The notes beneath the pieces are model-generated. The model was not told the DNA's origin and did not search any database. It was given only the letters and a program-made list of their open reading frames with translations. A program made the position numbers and the translations under genes. Positions 20,329 to 29,405 of a DNA stretch of 47,772 nt are shown piece after piece. The stretch is from assembly GCA_937900185.1 (NCBI GenBank), contig CALCCW010000295.1:1-47772 (forward strand). The letters are read 5' to 3'. Position 1 is the stretch's first letter, and every line of letters begins with the position of its first letter. This DNA comes from an uncultured candidate division Zixibacteria bacterium. GTDB taxonomy: Bacteria; Zixibacteria; MSB-5A5; GN15; FEB-12.

Positions 20329-20683
20329 TTTTACCTTTCAGAGTTAACATTAACTAACATATAAATTATAATCAGCTTGTCAAGTTAAATATCATTTTTT
20401 TGTGATTTTTTTCACTTACTTGCGGCTACATAATACCAGTTAATATCTGTCCTGTTTGTCTACCCTGTTAAACAGCATTGAATTGAGCTAATTCACCTTA
20501 AACCGATGACTATATGTTAAAGAAAAAGATTCACCAATGTATTTTAATTAACTATTTTGATTATAATTGATTTTAAAGCTTTTTTTTCAGCAAAACAAAC
20601 CTCTGGACTATTTGAAGTAATCATTGTATGATAATTAAAATTTGGAAGTTTTATACATTAATGAAAGTAAGAGGTATACCATA

Positions 20684-21229
20684 ATGACTAACACACAACA
20701 AGAGATTGTTTTCAGATTATTCCCGGAAATTAAACTGATTCAAAATGAAGATTTACGAAAAAAAACAATTGACTGCTGGATAGAAGCTATCGGGTTTCGA
20801 GGATGGACTGAAGAGCTACTTCGTAGTATCCCTTTCACACTTTTAGCACCAAATTGTAAAATCACATTTATTGATCATGTACGGGCTTGTGCTTTAATGT
20901 GTATTGCATGTGATAAGGTGCTTGATGAAGTTCATGGCGATCTAAAAACAAAAGTCAACCGTGACTATTTAATCTCGGGTGCCTTGCTTGCCGATGTCGG
21001 GAAACTTTTAGAGTTTGAAATTATCGACGGAAAACCTCAAAAATCAGATTACGGAAAACATATCCGTCATCCATTTTCGGGAGTCGGACTTGCTTTTAAA
21101 CATGACTTACCATCGGAAGTTATGCATATTATCGCAACCCATTCCAAAGAAGGAAACGGCGAGAAATTACTGCCGGAATCAATTATTTTCCATCATTGTG
21201 ATTTTATTGATTTTGATTTAGTGAAGTAA
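20684..21229 (+). CDS. HD-domain (HDIG-like) protein
   Basis: IDHV...GALLADVGK...RHPFSG...HIIATHS...HHCD; ATG at 20684 follows GAGG (track start 20642). Confidence 0.8.
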   Translation: MTNTQQEIVFRLFPEIKLIQNEDLRKKTIDCWIEAIGFRGWTEELLRSIPFTLLAPNCKITFIDHVRACALMCIACDKVLDEVHGDLKTKVNRDYLISGALLADVGKLLEFEIIDGKPQKSDYGKHIRHPFSGVGLAFKHDLPSEVMHIIATHSKEGNGEKLLPESIIFHHCDFIDFDLVK

Positions 21230-21259
21230 GTAGGTCAGGTCTTTCCGAGACCTGACAAT
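21230..21259 (+). repeat. GTAG-type REP hairpin, copy 1 (identical copy at 21629..21658)
   Basis: GTAG-GTCAGGTCT-TTCCG-AGACCTGAC-AAT; a second REP type follows at 21261..21287. Confidence 0.8.
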
Positions 21260-21320
21260 TGTAGGGCGAAACCCCTGTGGTTTCGACAAATATACTTTTG
21301 TTTTTTTGGAGAATAACGAA

Positions 21321-21569
21321 ATGAATATAGAGATTATAATTTCTATCTTGACACTATTAGGAGTTGGTAGTGTTTTAGGTACGCTTATTAAGAGTAAATC
21401 TGATAAAAATAGAGATGAAGAATCTAGAATTTCAGTTATTCTAGAAAATAGATATCGTTCTACTTTAGTTTTTATGAGAATATTCTTACAACCTGAATCT
21501 ATTGATCATTTTGATATTAAAATTAACCCGTCAAAAAAATTAAAAACTAATATTGAACTTGAAATATAA
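21321..21569 (+). CDS. Small hypothetical membrane protein, possibly a fragment
   Basis: N-terminal TM, low GC, lies between identical REP repeats. Confidence 0.45.
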   Translation: MNIEIIISILTLLGVGSVLGTLIKSKSDKNRDEESRISVILENRYRSTLVFMRIFLQPESIDHFDIKINPSKKLKTNIELEI

Positions 21570-21628
21570 AAATTAAGATTTTACTGGATTCCCAATCAAG
21601 TTGGGAATGACATTGAAAAATAAATTTT

Positions 21629-21658
21629 GTAGGTCAGGTCTTTCCGAGACCTGACAAT
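21629..21658 (+). repeat. GTAG-type REP hairpin, copy 2
   Basis: 30-bp exact repeat of 21230..21259. Confidence 0.8.
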
Positions 21659-21731
21659 AATTGGCGGAACCGCTAAAGGCTTTAAGTACGCCTTGGCGTG
21701 GTTCCTCCCTACTAAGAAACGAATTGATAAA

Positions 21732-23702
21732 ATGAAACCAAAACAAAATCTTGTCGAAAAAATCGCCCAGCGTTTTGCTGTCGGCTTAGAAAAAAACCAC
21801 ACCGTTCAATCAGGTGACTATCTTTCAATCTCCCCTGCCCATGTTATGACCCATGACAACACCGGAGCAGTCATACCAAAATTTCAGTCAATCGGTGCAA
21901 CCAAAATCGCCAAGCCGAGACAGATTGTTAACACTCTTGACCACAACGTACAGGACAAAAGCGAAGCCAATCTTGCCAAGTACAAAAAAATCGAAGCATT
22001 CGCAAAATCTATGGGTGTTGATTTTTACCCTGCAGGACGAGGTATCGGACATCAGATTATGTGCGAAGAAGGATACGCTTTTCCGGGTACAATGGTGGTT
22101 GCTTCGGATTCTCATTCCAATATGTATGGCGGGCTTGGTGTACTTGGAACTCCGATTGTCCGAACCGATGCTGCTGCTCTCTGGGCAACAAGTCGTACAT
22201 GGTGGCAGGTTCCACCCGTTGCCAAAGTCAGACTCACCGATAAACTCAAACAGGGTGTGACCGGCAAAGATGTTATCGTTACCCTTTGCGGACATTTCAA
22301 CAATGATGAAGTATTAAACCACGCTATAGAATTCACCGGCGATGGCGTAGGCACACTTTCAATTGATGAACGTCTGACTATTGCCAACATGACAACCGAA
22401 TGGGGTGCTTTGGTTGGACTCTTCCCTATCGACAGTGTAACATATAATTGGATTGAAAACCGAATTGACTTTATTGCCAAGCGTGGATTGGCAGGAGTTC
22501 CGTCCGATGCCGATGCGGTCAACGGAGTACATCCTCGTTTGAACAAATCTCGACTTGAAAAATTAAAAACAGAAAATCTGCAAGCCGACAGTGATGCCTT
22601 TTATGCAAAAGAACTGACTCTTGACTTGTCAACTGTCACTCCGCACGCATCGGGTCCTGACCATGTCAAAGTAATGACTCCGATTTCTGAAATGTCTGAT
22701 ATTAAAATTCAAAAAGCATATTTGGTTTCATGTGTAAATAGTCGGGCTGAAGATTTAGCTCAAGCGGCTGAAATTGTTGATGGCAAAAAAGTTGCCGACT
22801 CTGTTGAGTTCTATATTGCGGCGGCATCTTCAGAAGTACAAGCAGAATCCGAAGCACGTGGTGACTGGCAAAAACTTGTTAATGCGGGTGCCAAAGAACT
22901 TCCCCCCGGATGCGGTATGTGTATTGGGCTGGGGGTAGGACTTTTAGAAGATAACGAAGTCGGTATCTCTGCGACAAACAGAAATTTTAAAGGACGTATG
23001 GGTTCCAAATCTGCCCAAGCATACTTAGCATCTCCGGCGGTTGTAGCAGCATCGGCACTGGCTGGTCATATCGCAATGCCGTTTGAAATGTATGTTGAAA
23101 AAGTAAACGCTTCTATCAAAGAAAATAAAAAAACGGTTAAAACTGCATCGGTAAATATTGTTGAAGGATTTCCTAAATCTATTTCTGGCGATTGTGTTTT
23201 CTGTCATCTTGATAATTTAAACACCGACGGTATCTACCCCGGAAAGTATACTTACATCGATGATTTCACCGCCAAACAGCAAGCCGAAGTTGTCATGGAG
23301 AACTACGATGCCGACTTTGCAAAATCTGTTAACAAAGGTGACATCTTAGTTGGTGGATATAACTTTGGTTCAGGTTCCTCACGTGAGCAAGCGGCAACGG
23401 CACTCATGCATCGTGGTATTCGTTTGGTGATTGCGGGGTCATTTTCTGAAACATACAAACGCAACGCAATCAACAATGGCTTTTTGGCAATCGAATGTCC
23501 CGAACTTGTAAACGATTTAAAAGCTGAACAAGGTACAGAAAAACTGACAGTGTATACTAAAAAAGAAATTGCGATAGACTTTGCATCTGCGAAGCTGACT
23601 TTTAATAATAAAGAGTACAGTTTGTCACCGGTAGGTGCCGCCGCACAGGAATTGATTATCATCGGCGGACTTGAAAACTGGGTGAAGAGTAAGTTGCAAT
23701 AG
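21732..23702 (+). CDS. lysF: Homoaconitase, single-chain (large subunit fused to swivel domain; fungal Lys4/LysF-like)
   Basis: HVMTHDN, GIGHQIM, ASDSHSNMYG, SCVNSR, GCGMCIGLG, SATNRNFKGRMG, NTDGIYPGKYTY and GSSREQAA; ATG at 21732 preferred. Confidence 0.8.
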   Translation: MKPKQNLVEKIAQRFAVGLEKNHTVQSGDYLSISPAHVMTHDNTGAVIPKFQSIGATKIAKPRQIVNTLDHNVQDKSEANLAKYKKIEAFAKSMGVDFYPAGRGIGHQIMCEEGYAFPGTMVVASDSHSNMYGGLGVLGTPIVRTDAAALWATSRTWWQVPPVAKVRLTDKLKQGVTGKDVIVTLCGHFNNDEVLNHAIEFTGDGVGTLSIDERLTIANMTTEWGALVGLFPIDSVTYNWIENRIDFIAKRGLAGVPSDADAVNGVHPRLNKSRLEKLKTENLQADSDAFYAKELTLDLSTVTPHASGPDHVKVMTPISEMSDIKIQKAYLVSCVNSRAEDLAQAAEIVDGKKVADSVEFYIAAASSEVQAESEARGDWQKLVNAGAKELPPGCGMCIGLGVGLLEDNEVGISATNRNFKGRMGSKSAQAYLASPAVVAASALAGHIAMPFEMYVEKVNASIKENKKTVKTASVNIVEGFPKSISGDCVFCHLDNLNTDGIYPGKYTYIDDFTAKQQAEVVMENYDADFAKSVNKGDILVGGYNFGSGSSREQAATALMHRGIRLVIAGSFSETYKRNAINNGFLAIECPELVNDLKAEQGTEKLTVYTKKEIAIDFASAKLTFNNKEYSLSPVGAAAQELIIIGGLENWVKSKLQ

Positions 23703-23759
23703 GGCGGGATCCGTGCGATCCCGCCTTATGATGGCAGCATCACAGGGATGCTGCCCTAC
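23699..23759. repeat. Convergent pair of REP-like hairpins
   Basis: ATAG-GGCGGGATC-N5-GATCCCGCC and, on the minus strand, GTAG-GGCAGCATC-N5-GATGCTGCC. Confidence 0.7.
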
Positions 23760-23783
23760 ATAAAAAGCGATTGGGTAGGAATT

Positions 23784-24401
23784 ATGGATTTTATTTTTTC
23801 ACTATTATTTTTAATTGGCTTGTTTTGGTTAATTACAGTTTTTTTATTTGTTGCTTTTTATTTACCAATAGTAAAAATATATAAAACACAAACTAATTCT
23901 AATGTAATAACAAAGAAAATTAAAATAATAATTTTAAGTTTCTGTACTATTCTATCATTAGGTACATCAGTATTTATAGCTTATTCATATATAGAAAATA
24001 GAACTGGGTATTGGAATGACCCTGGGTTCGCAGATTACTACCGCGTTCCTTTGGAATATCCATACCAACTATCAATGGTAGATGCCCCATATGAAGCAAT
24101 ATTGGATATATGGAATGATACAAATAGTGTAAGTGTAGTAAACCCTGACATCTACGGGATTGATTCACTGAATATAGTTAACAACATAGTATTTGTGAAA
24201 TTAGATAGAAATAATATATATTATACTAATGGAAAAGTTGAAAATAAGAAATGGTTTATTCTTGATTGTACTACAGGAAAAATTAATTATTATACTTCAG
24301 AAGCAATATTAAGAACTCACTTGGATTCATTAAGTATTGATAGTAGTATCTCGCTTATAAGTGTAAATGATTATTATAATGAGTATTGGGATGAACATTA
24401 A
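23784..24401 (+). CDS. Hypothetical membrane protein
   Basis: Two N-terminal TMs, low GC; ATG at 23784 follows AGGA (the track start lies inside a REP). Confidence 0.6.
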   Translation: MDFIFSLLFLIGLFWLITVFLFVAFYLPIVKIYKTQTNSNVITKKIKIIILSFCTILSLGTSVFIAYSYIENRTGYWNDPGFADYYRVPLEYPYQLSMVDAPYEAILDIWNDTNSVSVVNPDIYGIDSLNIVNNIVFVKLDRNNIYYTNGKVENKKWFILDCTTGKINYYTSEAILRTHLDSLSIDSSISLISVNDYYNEYWDEH

Positions 24402-24412
24402 ATAAATAATTT

Positions 24413-24443
24413 GTAGGGCAGGATCACAGAGATGCTGCTCTAC
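24413..24443. repeat. REP-like hairpin
   Basis: GTAGGGCAGGATC-ACAGA-GATGCTGCTCTAC. Confidence 0.65.
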
Positions 24444-24461
24444 GTAAACTAGGAGGAATGT

Positions 24462-25028
24462 ATGTTTGGAATAAAGATTAACAGAATTACATTGTTTTTT
24501 CCATTAGTGATAATTTGCTTTTTAAGTTGTAGTTCTCAAAAACCCTTACAAAGAGATACCGCATCTAAATTAGCAGAATGGCGAAAGGGTGTTTGGATTA
24601 ATTCCCAAGGTAGCTACACTATATATACCGATACTCACTATTTTGTTTTATATCTTAGTGGTGATTCCACTAACGCCAATATATATTTTGGTGCATCCCA
24701 AGTGAAATATAACAACAAAGGAATGGCAAGAAAACAGGTTGAACGAGTTAGAAAATTACCCGATAGAGATTTAGAATTATTTAAAAATTCAGTTTTTCAA
24801 AAAGATAACACAGAAGAAGAACTTATTATTGATTCAACTCAATTTGCCCCAGGTTCTTGTAATTTTGTTAACGGTATTTTATATGATTCTATTACTGAGG
24901 AAAACGAAGAGTATATACTTCTTTCTTCCTGTAACGGTGATAAAATAAAAATTTTCTCTAATGGTGTATCTGTATATCTGCCAAAATCCGGTGGAGAATC
25001 TTATTCTTATAGAATAGAAAAGTTTTAA
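24462..25028 (+). CDS. Hypothetical lipoprotein
   Basis: AGGAGG RBS; signal peptide with FLSC lipobox-like motif. Confidence 0.65.
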   Translation: MFGIKINRITLFFPLVIICFLSCSSQKPLQRDTASKLAEWRKGVWINSQGSYTIYTDTHYFVLYLSGDSTNANIYFGASQVKYNNKGMARKQVERVRKLPDRDLELFKNSVFQKDNTEEELIIDSTQFAPGSCNFVNGILYDSITEENEEYILLSSCNGDKIKIFSNGVSVYLPKSGGESYSYRIEKF

Positions 25029-25043
25029 AAGGAGATTATTATT

Positions 25044-26201
25044 ATGTTATCAACATCAATTAAAACTATCTTCCTCATAAGTTTTCTTATGTTGCTGCTT
25101 ATCGGATGCAGTGAACAAAAAATCAATGAAACTCAATTTATAAAAACACTGACACTTGGCAACGATTCCATTTATTTACAATGTGATGAAGATACACTTG
25201 CTTTCCCATTTTCAGCAATCGGTTTATATGATACTGTCAATAGTGAAGCAGCAACAAGTATGACTATTTATTCAACAACTGATACTCTTATTTTTACACC
25301 CGACAGCATTCACAAAAACATTAAAGTCATAAGTGGAGAGAACACAAAATTTCTTACTGTTACATATTTTAAAATTGCTAAAAATAATTATTCGGATAAA
25401 TTAAATTTACTTAAAGAGTATGCCGTTTACAATTCATCAAATACAAAGAATGTCGAATTCACATACTCTACTCCAAACAATAAAAATCTTATTGAATTAC
25501 GAAAACAATATAATCTCGAATCTGTCGCTGGTAATGGTTCCGAAATTTCAAAAATCATAAACCTACTTCACTGGGCAAATAAAATTGTTCGCCACAACGG
25601 TTCTACTGGTAGTGCTAATCCAAATCCGAAAAATGCACTAAATATTATTGAAACTTGCCAGAAAGAAAACAAAGGTGTAAACTGTCGTATGATGGCAACT
25701 TTGTTAAACGAAGCATATCTTTCGATGGGTTTTAAGTCCCGCCATATTACTTGTCTTCCTTATGATAAAGCCGACAATGACTGCCATGTTATTAACATTG
25801 TATATTCAGACTCTCTCAAAAAATGGTTATATGTAGATCCAACTTTCGCTGCTTACTTTTTTGATGCTGATAGTAATTTTCTGAGTATTGAAGAAGTACG
25901 TAAAAAAATCATCAAAGGTGAAAAACTTCTCCTTCCTAATGACATTAATTGGAATGGTCAACCAAAAGAAAAAATTGTATACTTAGCATACATGGCAAAA
26001 AACCTGTTTCGATTTTCATCTCCTATAAGAAGTGAATTCGGTTATGAATCAAAAAAAGGTGATCGTGCTTGGGTGAACCTTAATCCTGTCGGCTATGATG
26101 ACAGTCTTAGCGGTACTGTAGATACTTATAACAAGCAAGATATTACTAATACAACATACTATACAAATGATGACGCATATTTTTGGATTAAACCAAATTG
26201 A
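25044..26201 (+). CDS. Transglutaminase-like lipoprotein
   Basis: LIGC lipobox; Cys-His-Asp motifs GVNCR, DCHV and WLYVDPT. Confidence 0.85.
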   Translation: MLSTSIKTIFLISFLMLLLIGCSEQKINETQFIKTLTLGNDSIYLQCDEDTLAFPFSAIGLYDTVNSEAATSMTIYSTTDTLIFTPDSIHKNIKVISGENTKFLTVTYFKIAKNNYSDKLNLLKEYAVYNSSNTKNVEFTYSTPNNKNLIELRKQYNLESVAGNGSEISKIINLLHWANKIVRHNGSTGSANPNPKNALNIIETCQKENKGVNCRMMATLLNEAYLSMGFKSRHITCLPYDKADNDCHVINIVYSDSLKKWLYVDPTFAAYFFDADSNFLSIEEVRKKIIKGEKLLLPNDINWNGQPKEKIVYLAYMAKNLFRFSSPIRSEFGYESKKGDRAWVNLNPVGYDDSLSGTVDTYNKQDITNTTYYTNDDAYFWIKPN

Positions 26202-26240
26202 TATATAAATAGATTTTCTAAATAAAAGGATTCTCCAAAA

Positions 26241-27608
26241 ATGGAAAACACTTTATCAAAACAGATGGCGAAGTTCGCCATTGGACTTAAATATTCAGAC
26301 TTACCTGAAAATGTCGTCCACGAAGTCAAACGCTTCCTGTATGACTCGGTCGGATGTGCATTCGGTGGTTACCACACCAAAGATTTAAACATCCTGCGTG
26401 ACATCTACAAAGATATGGCAGGCAAAGGCGAGGCAACCCTTATCGGATTTGGTGACAAGATTCCTGCAGTCAATGCGACACTTGTTAATTCACTTATGGT
26501 GCGTGCATTAGATTTCAACGACATCTACTGGAAAGAAGACCCTTCGCATCCGTCAGATATTATCCCTGCCGCTCTTGCGGTTGGTGAGATGGTCAGTTCA
26601 TCGATGGAAGAAGTTATTGTTGCGATAGTTCTCGCCTACGAGTTTGAAATGCGTATGTGTCTGTTTGCTACTCCGGGAGTACGGGAACGTAAATGGCACC
26701 ATGCTACTCTTACCCAATTTGTTTCCCCGATTGTTGCGGGTAAACTTATGGGGCTTACCGAAGATGAGATGGTCAATGCAATCGGCATCTCCGGTTGTCA
26801 TAACCATACTATCGGTTGTCCGACCGCCGGTAAACTTACCATGATGAAAAACACTGTTGACCCCATGGCGGTGCAGAGCGGCGTCTTTGCGGCACTCATG
26901 GCACAAAAAGGATACACTGGCACAGAAGCAGTCATTGAAGGAAAAGAAGGATTCAAAGATTGTTTCGGCGAAGGATGGGACGATGAAGCCCTTGTCGGCA
27001 ATCTTGGCAAAGATTTCAAAATTATAGAATGCTCTATGAAAGCGTTCCCGACAGAAGCACTCACGCACACACATATTTCAGCGGCTCTCACAGTTATGCA
27101 GAAAAACAATTTGACGTACAAAGATGTTGCAGAAGTTTCTGTAACAACTATTGCCAGAGCCTGTGATATTTTGTTTGATCCGCACAAGTACCGTCCGGAA
27201 TCCCGCGAGACTGCCGACCATTCGTTACCGTATTGTATCGCATCTGCGATTGTCGACGGTAAGATTACGACAAATTCGTTCTCTGAAGAAAAGATGAAAG
27301 GCCCTGCAATTTGGGAAACGATTGACAAAATCAAAGGGGTCGCTTCAGAAGAATTTGAAGCGATGTTCCCGGCAAAACAGCCCTCGAAAGTTGTTGTCAA
27401 AACTACCAAAGGCGACAGTTTTGAAGCGTATCTTGAATATCCAAAAGGCGACCCGAGAGAACCAATGACACAGGATGATCTCGATGCCAAGTTTAATTCA
27501 TTGACGGATCAACTTCTTGATGTGACTCGTCAGGCAGAGATGAAAAAAACAATTTTTAACTGCGAAACAATGTCTTGCCAAGACTTCATGGCAAAGCTGG
27601 TTGTGTAG
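26241..27608 (+). CDS. MmgE/PrpD-family dehydratase
   Basis: RALDFNDIY..PSHPSD, WHH, RETADHSLPY and YPKGDPREP motifs. Confidence 0.9.
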   Translation: MENTLSKQMAKFAIGLKYSDLPENVVHEVKRFLYDSVGCAFGGYHTKDLNILRDIYKDMAGKGEATLIGFGDKIPAVNATLVNSLMVRALDFNDIYWKEDPSHPSDIIPAALAVGEMVSSSMEEVIVAIVLAYEFEMRMCLFATPGVRERKWHHATLTQFVSPIVAGKLMGLTEDEMVNAIGISGCHNHTIGCPTAGKLTMMKNTVDPMAVQSGVFAALMAQKGYTGTEAVIEGKEGFKDCFGEGWDDEALVGNLGKDFKIIECSMKAFPTEALTHTHISAALTVMQKNNLTYKDVAEVSVTTIARACDILFDPHKYRPESRETADHSLPYCIASAIVDGKITTNSFSEEKMKGPAIWETIDKIKGVASEEFEAMFPAKQPSKVVVKTTKGDSFEAYLEYPKGDPREPMTQDDLDAKFNSLTDQLLDVTRQAEMKKTIFNCETMSCQDFMAKLVV

Positions 27609-27615
27609 ACATTTT

Positions 27616-27820
27616 GTAGGGTTGAGGCATGCCTCAACCTCTCTTAGGAACAGGCATGCTGTGCCTGTTCCCTACAGAACCAAAAACTTGCTGGTCAGTC
27701 CGCCTATTCGGATGTGCTCCTCATATGTAGAGGCGGTTCGCTAACCGTCTTTTTTTTACACACCCCTTAATCCCCTCTTTTTTTTACACAGATTTTGTAG
27801 GGTTGAGGCATGCCTCAACC
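27616..27820. repeat. Cluster of GTAG REP hairpins
   Basis: GTAG-GGTTGAGGCATGCCTCAACC at 27616 and 27797; minus-strand GTAG-GGAACAGGCA-N5-TGCCTGTTCC at 27647-27675; GTAG-AGGCGGTT...AACCGTCT at 27727. Confidence 0.75.
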
Positions 27821-27876
27821 TCTCCAGTTGTATCGACAGGATATTGCTCTGTCTTTGCAGAAACCTATAATACAAA

Positions 27877-27907
27877 GTAAGTCAGAATCTATGTGACTCT
27901 GACTTAC
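27877..27907 (-). terminator. Hairpin terminator after the small secreted protein gene
   Basis: GTAAGTCAGA...TCTGACTTAC. Confidence 0.5.
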
Positions 27908-27948
27908 AAATTATTCGTTATTTTAGACAATAGAGAATTGATTATCTG

Positions 27949-28266
27949 CTATAAATCAATAGGATCTTGATGTGGAACATAATCTTTTGTACACGCACAA
28001 TAGTATCCTTGGAAATCACAAGGACCCCAAACATATTCATGTGTAATGGGATCATAGAATGAATAATACCCTGCATAAATTGCATATTTTGTACCAAAGT
28101 AACCAGGTTGACATTTAAAAGTGCAATCACCAATAGCAATTTTATATGTTGACGTAGCGGTACATGTAGGAACCGCCTGTACATCTTGAGGAATAAAGAG
28201 AGTTATCCCCATACCAAGTAAAAGGGATAGGACAAGGATAGAACCAAAAAGGGATAATTTTTTCAT
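27949..28266 (-). CDS. Small secreted Cys-rich protein (6 Cys in the mature part)
   Basis: AAGGAG RBS, signal peptide ending VQA, Tyr/Cys-rich mature region. Confidence 0.7.
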   Translation of the reverse strand: MKKLSLFGSILVLSLLLGMGITLFIPQDVQAVPTCTATSTYKIAIGDCTFKCQPGYFGTKYAIYAGYYSFYDPITHEYVWGPCDFQGYYCACTKDYVPHQDPIDL

Positions 28267-28457
28267 AGATTTGCTCCTTTATGAAGATTGAGTTATCTCT
28301 GCTGAAAGCAGAATGTTCTAGAACGTAAATTCACAAATTATTTTTTGCCTCATATGTGTGAATTTAATTTTTTAGCTTCTCCTTTCTTTCAAAAAAACAT
28401 AGTATATACATGTTCCCAACTAATTACTTATAGTCTTCAAACAACGAATTGATAGAT

Positions 28458-29015
28458 TTATAAATATGTTTTTAGATAATCGATATCCAATTGAGGTATA
28501 TATCCGGTATGTATAAATTTAATTGCACGTGATTCATCTATACCCATAATTGTAGGAAACTTATTAATATGCTGGCTTTCTAAAAAATCCCAATTTACCT
28601 GATATGCCGAAAATGAATAGTTCTTCTTAAAAAATTCTACATCGGGAGAAAGTAAAATAATTTGATACGAATTATCAGGCAGGATTGATTTATCTGAAAT
28701 GGCATTTACAAATTGAATACAAGCATCACAGCCGTTGCTGACAAAACAAAGTAACGTTTTCTTTCCTGCAAGAAGCGGTGTAAGGCTACTTTGAAAATCT
28801 AATAAGTCATCTACCTGTACTTCGGGAAATTTCTGATGCAGCTCTAAATTTGTATCTTGAGTAATCTTCTCCGGTTCAAAAGACATGCTGTTTACTTTAC
28901 TTGTAAATCCAAAAAAATTACCAAGAAATAAACCGGCTGTAACTCCAAAAACTATAATAATAAAAGAAAATAGTGACTTAAGAAAAAATGCTTTGTTAAG
29001 TTGTTGTGATTTCAT
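28458..29015 (-). CDS. Membrane-anchored thioredoxin-fold (TlpA/redoxin-like) protein
   Basis: N-terminal TM; LLCFVSNGCDAC CXXC motif and FPT cis-Pro motif; ATG at 29015 follows AGGA. Confidence 0.7.
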   Translation of the reverse strand: MKSQQLNKAFFLKSLFSFIIIVFGVTAGLFLGNFFGFTSKVNSMSFEPEKITQDTNLELHQKFPEVQVDDLLDFQSSLTPLLAGKKTLLCFVSNGCDACIQFVNAISDKSILPDNSYQIILLSPDVEFFKKNYSFSAYQVNWDFLESQHINKFPTIMGIDESRAIKFIHTGYIPQLDIDYLKTYL

Positions 29016-29295
29016 CGCAATACATCCTATATATTGAATATGATAACTTGTCATTGATTAATTATCTCGTTCTTATATAGAATCAATTGAAAAGAGAATT
29101 TCTTACAAATTATATTTACAAATATCAGTTAAGTAAAAGTAGATCAGGTCTCCCCGAGACCTGCCATTTTTTTGTTTATTTTTATTGTAGTGTTTTTGTT
29201 CATCTGTCTTCCTCTTAAGTAGATAGTTCTTTCATACTATGAGATGTAATGCAAAACAGCATTGTTGTTGTAGAAAATATGTGATATAGCAAACA

Positions 29296-29324
29296 TTGAC
29301 AAGATGGAGGTGGTTGTGTATTAT
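29296..29324 (+). promoter_or_regulatory. sigma70 promoter
   Basis: TTGACA-N17-TATTAT with extended -10 TG; conserved in the paralogous copy. Confidence 0.7.
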
Positions 29325-29405
29325 AAAGTAAAAAAGAAGGGTTAAATTTAAAAAAATTATCGTTTTGATTAATATTGACAAGTTATTGAAAGGATTTAAT
29401 AAAAT

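Noticed and set aside
21230-27820. CRISPR array or integron attC sites
   Set aside because: Repeats are irregularly spaced with variable stems, there are no cas or intI genes, and no RYYYAAC/GTTRRRY ends; they fit REP-type hairpins
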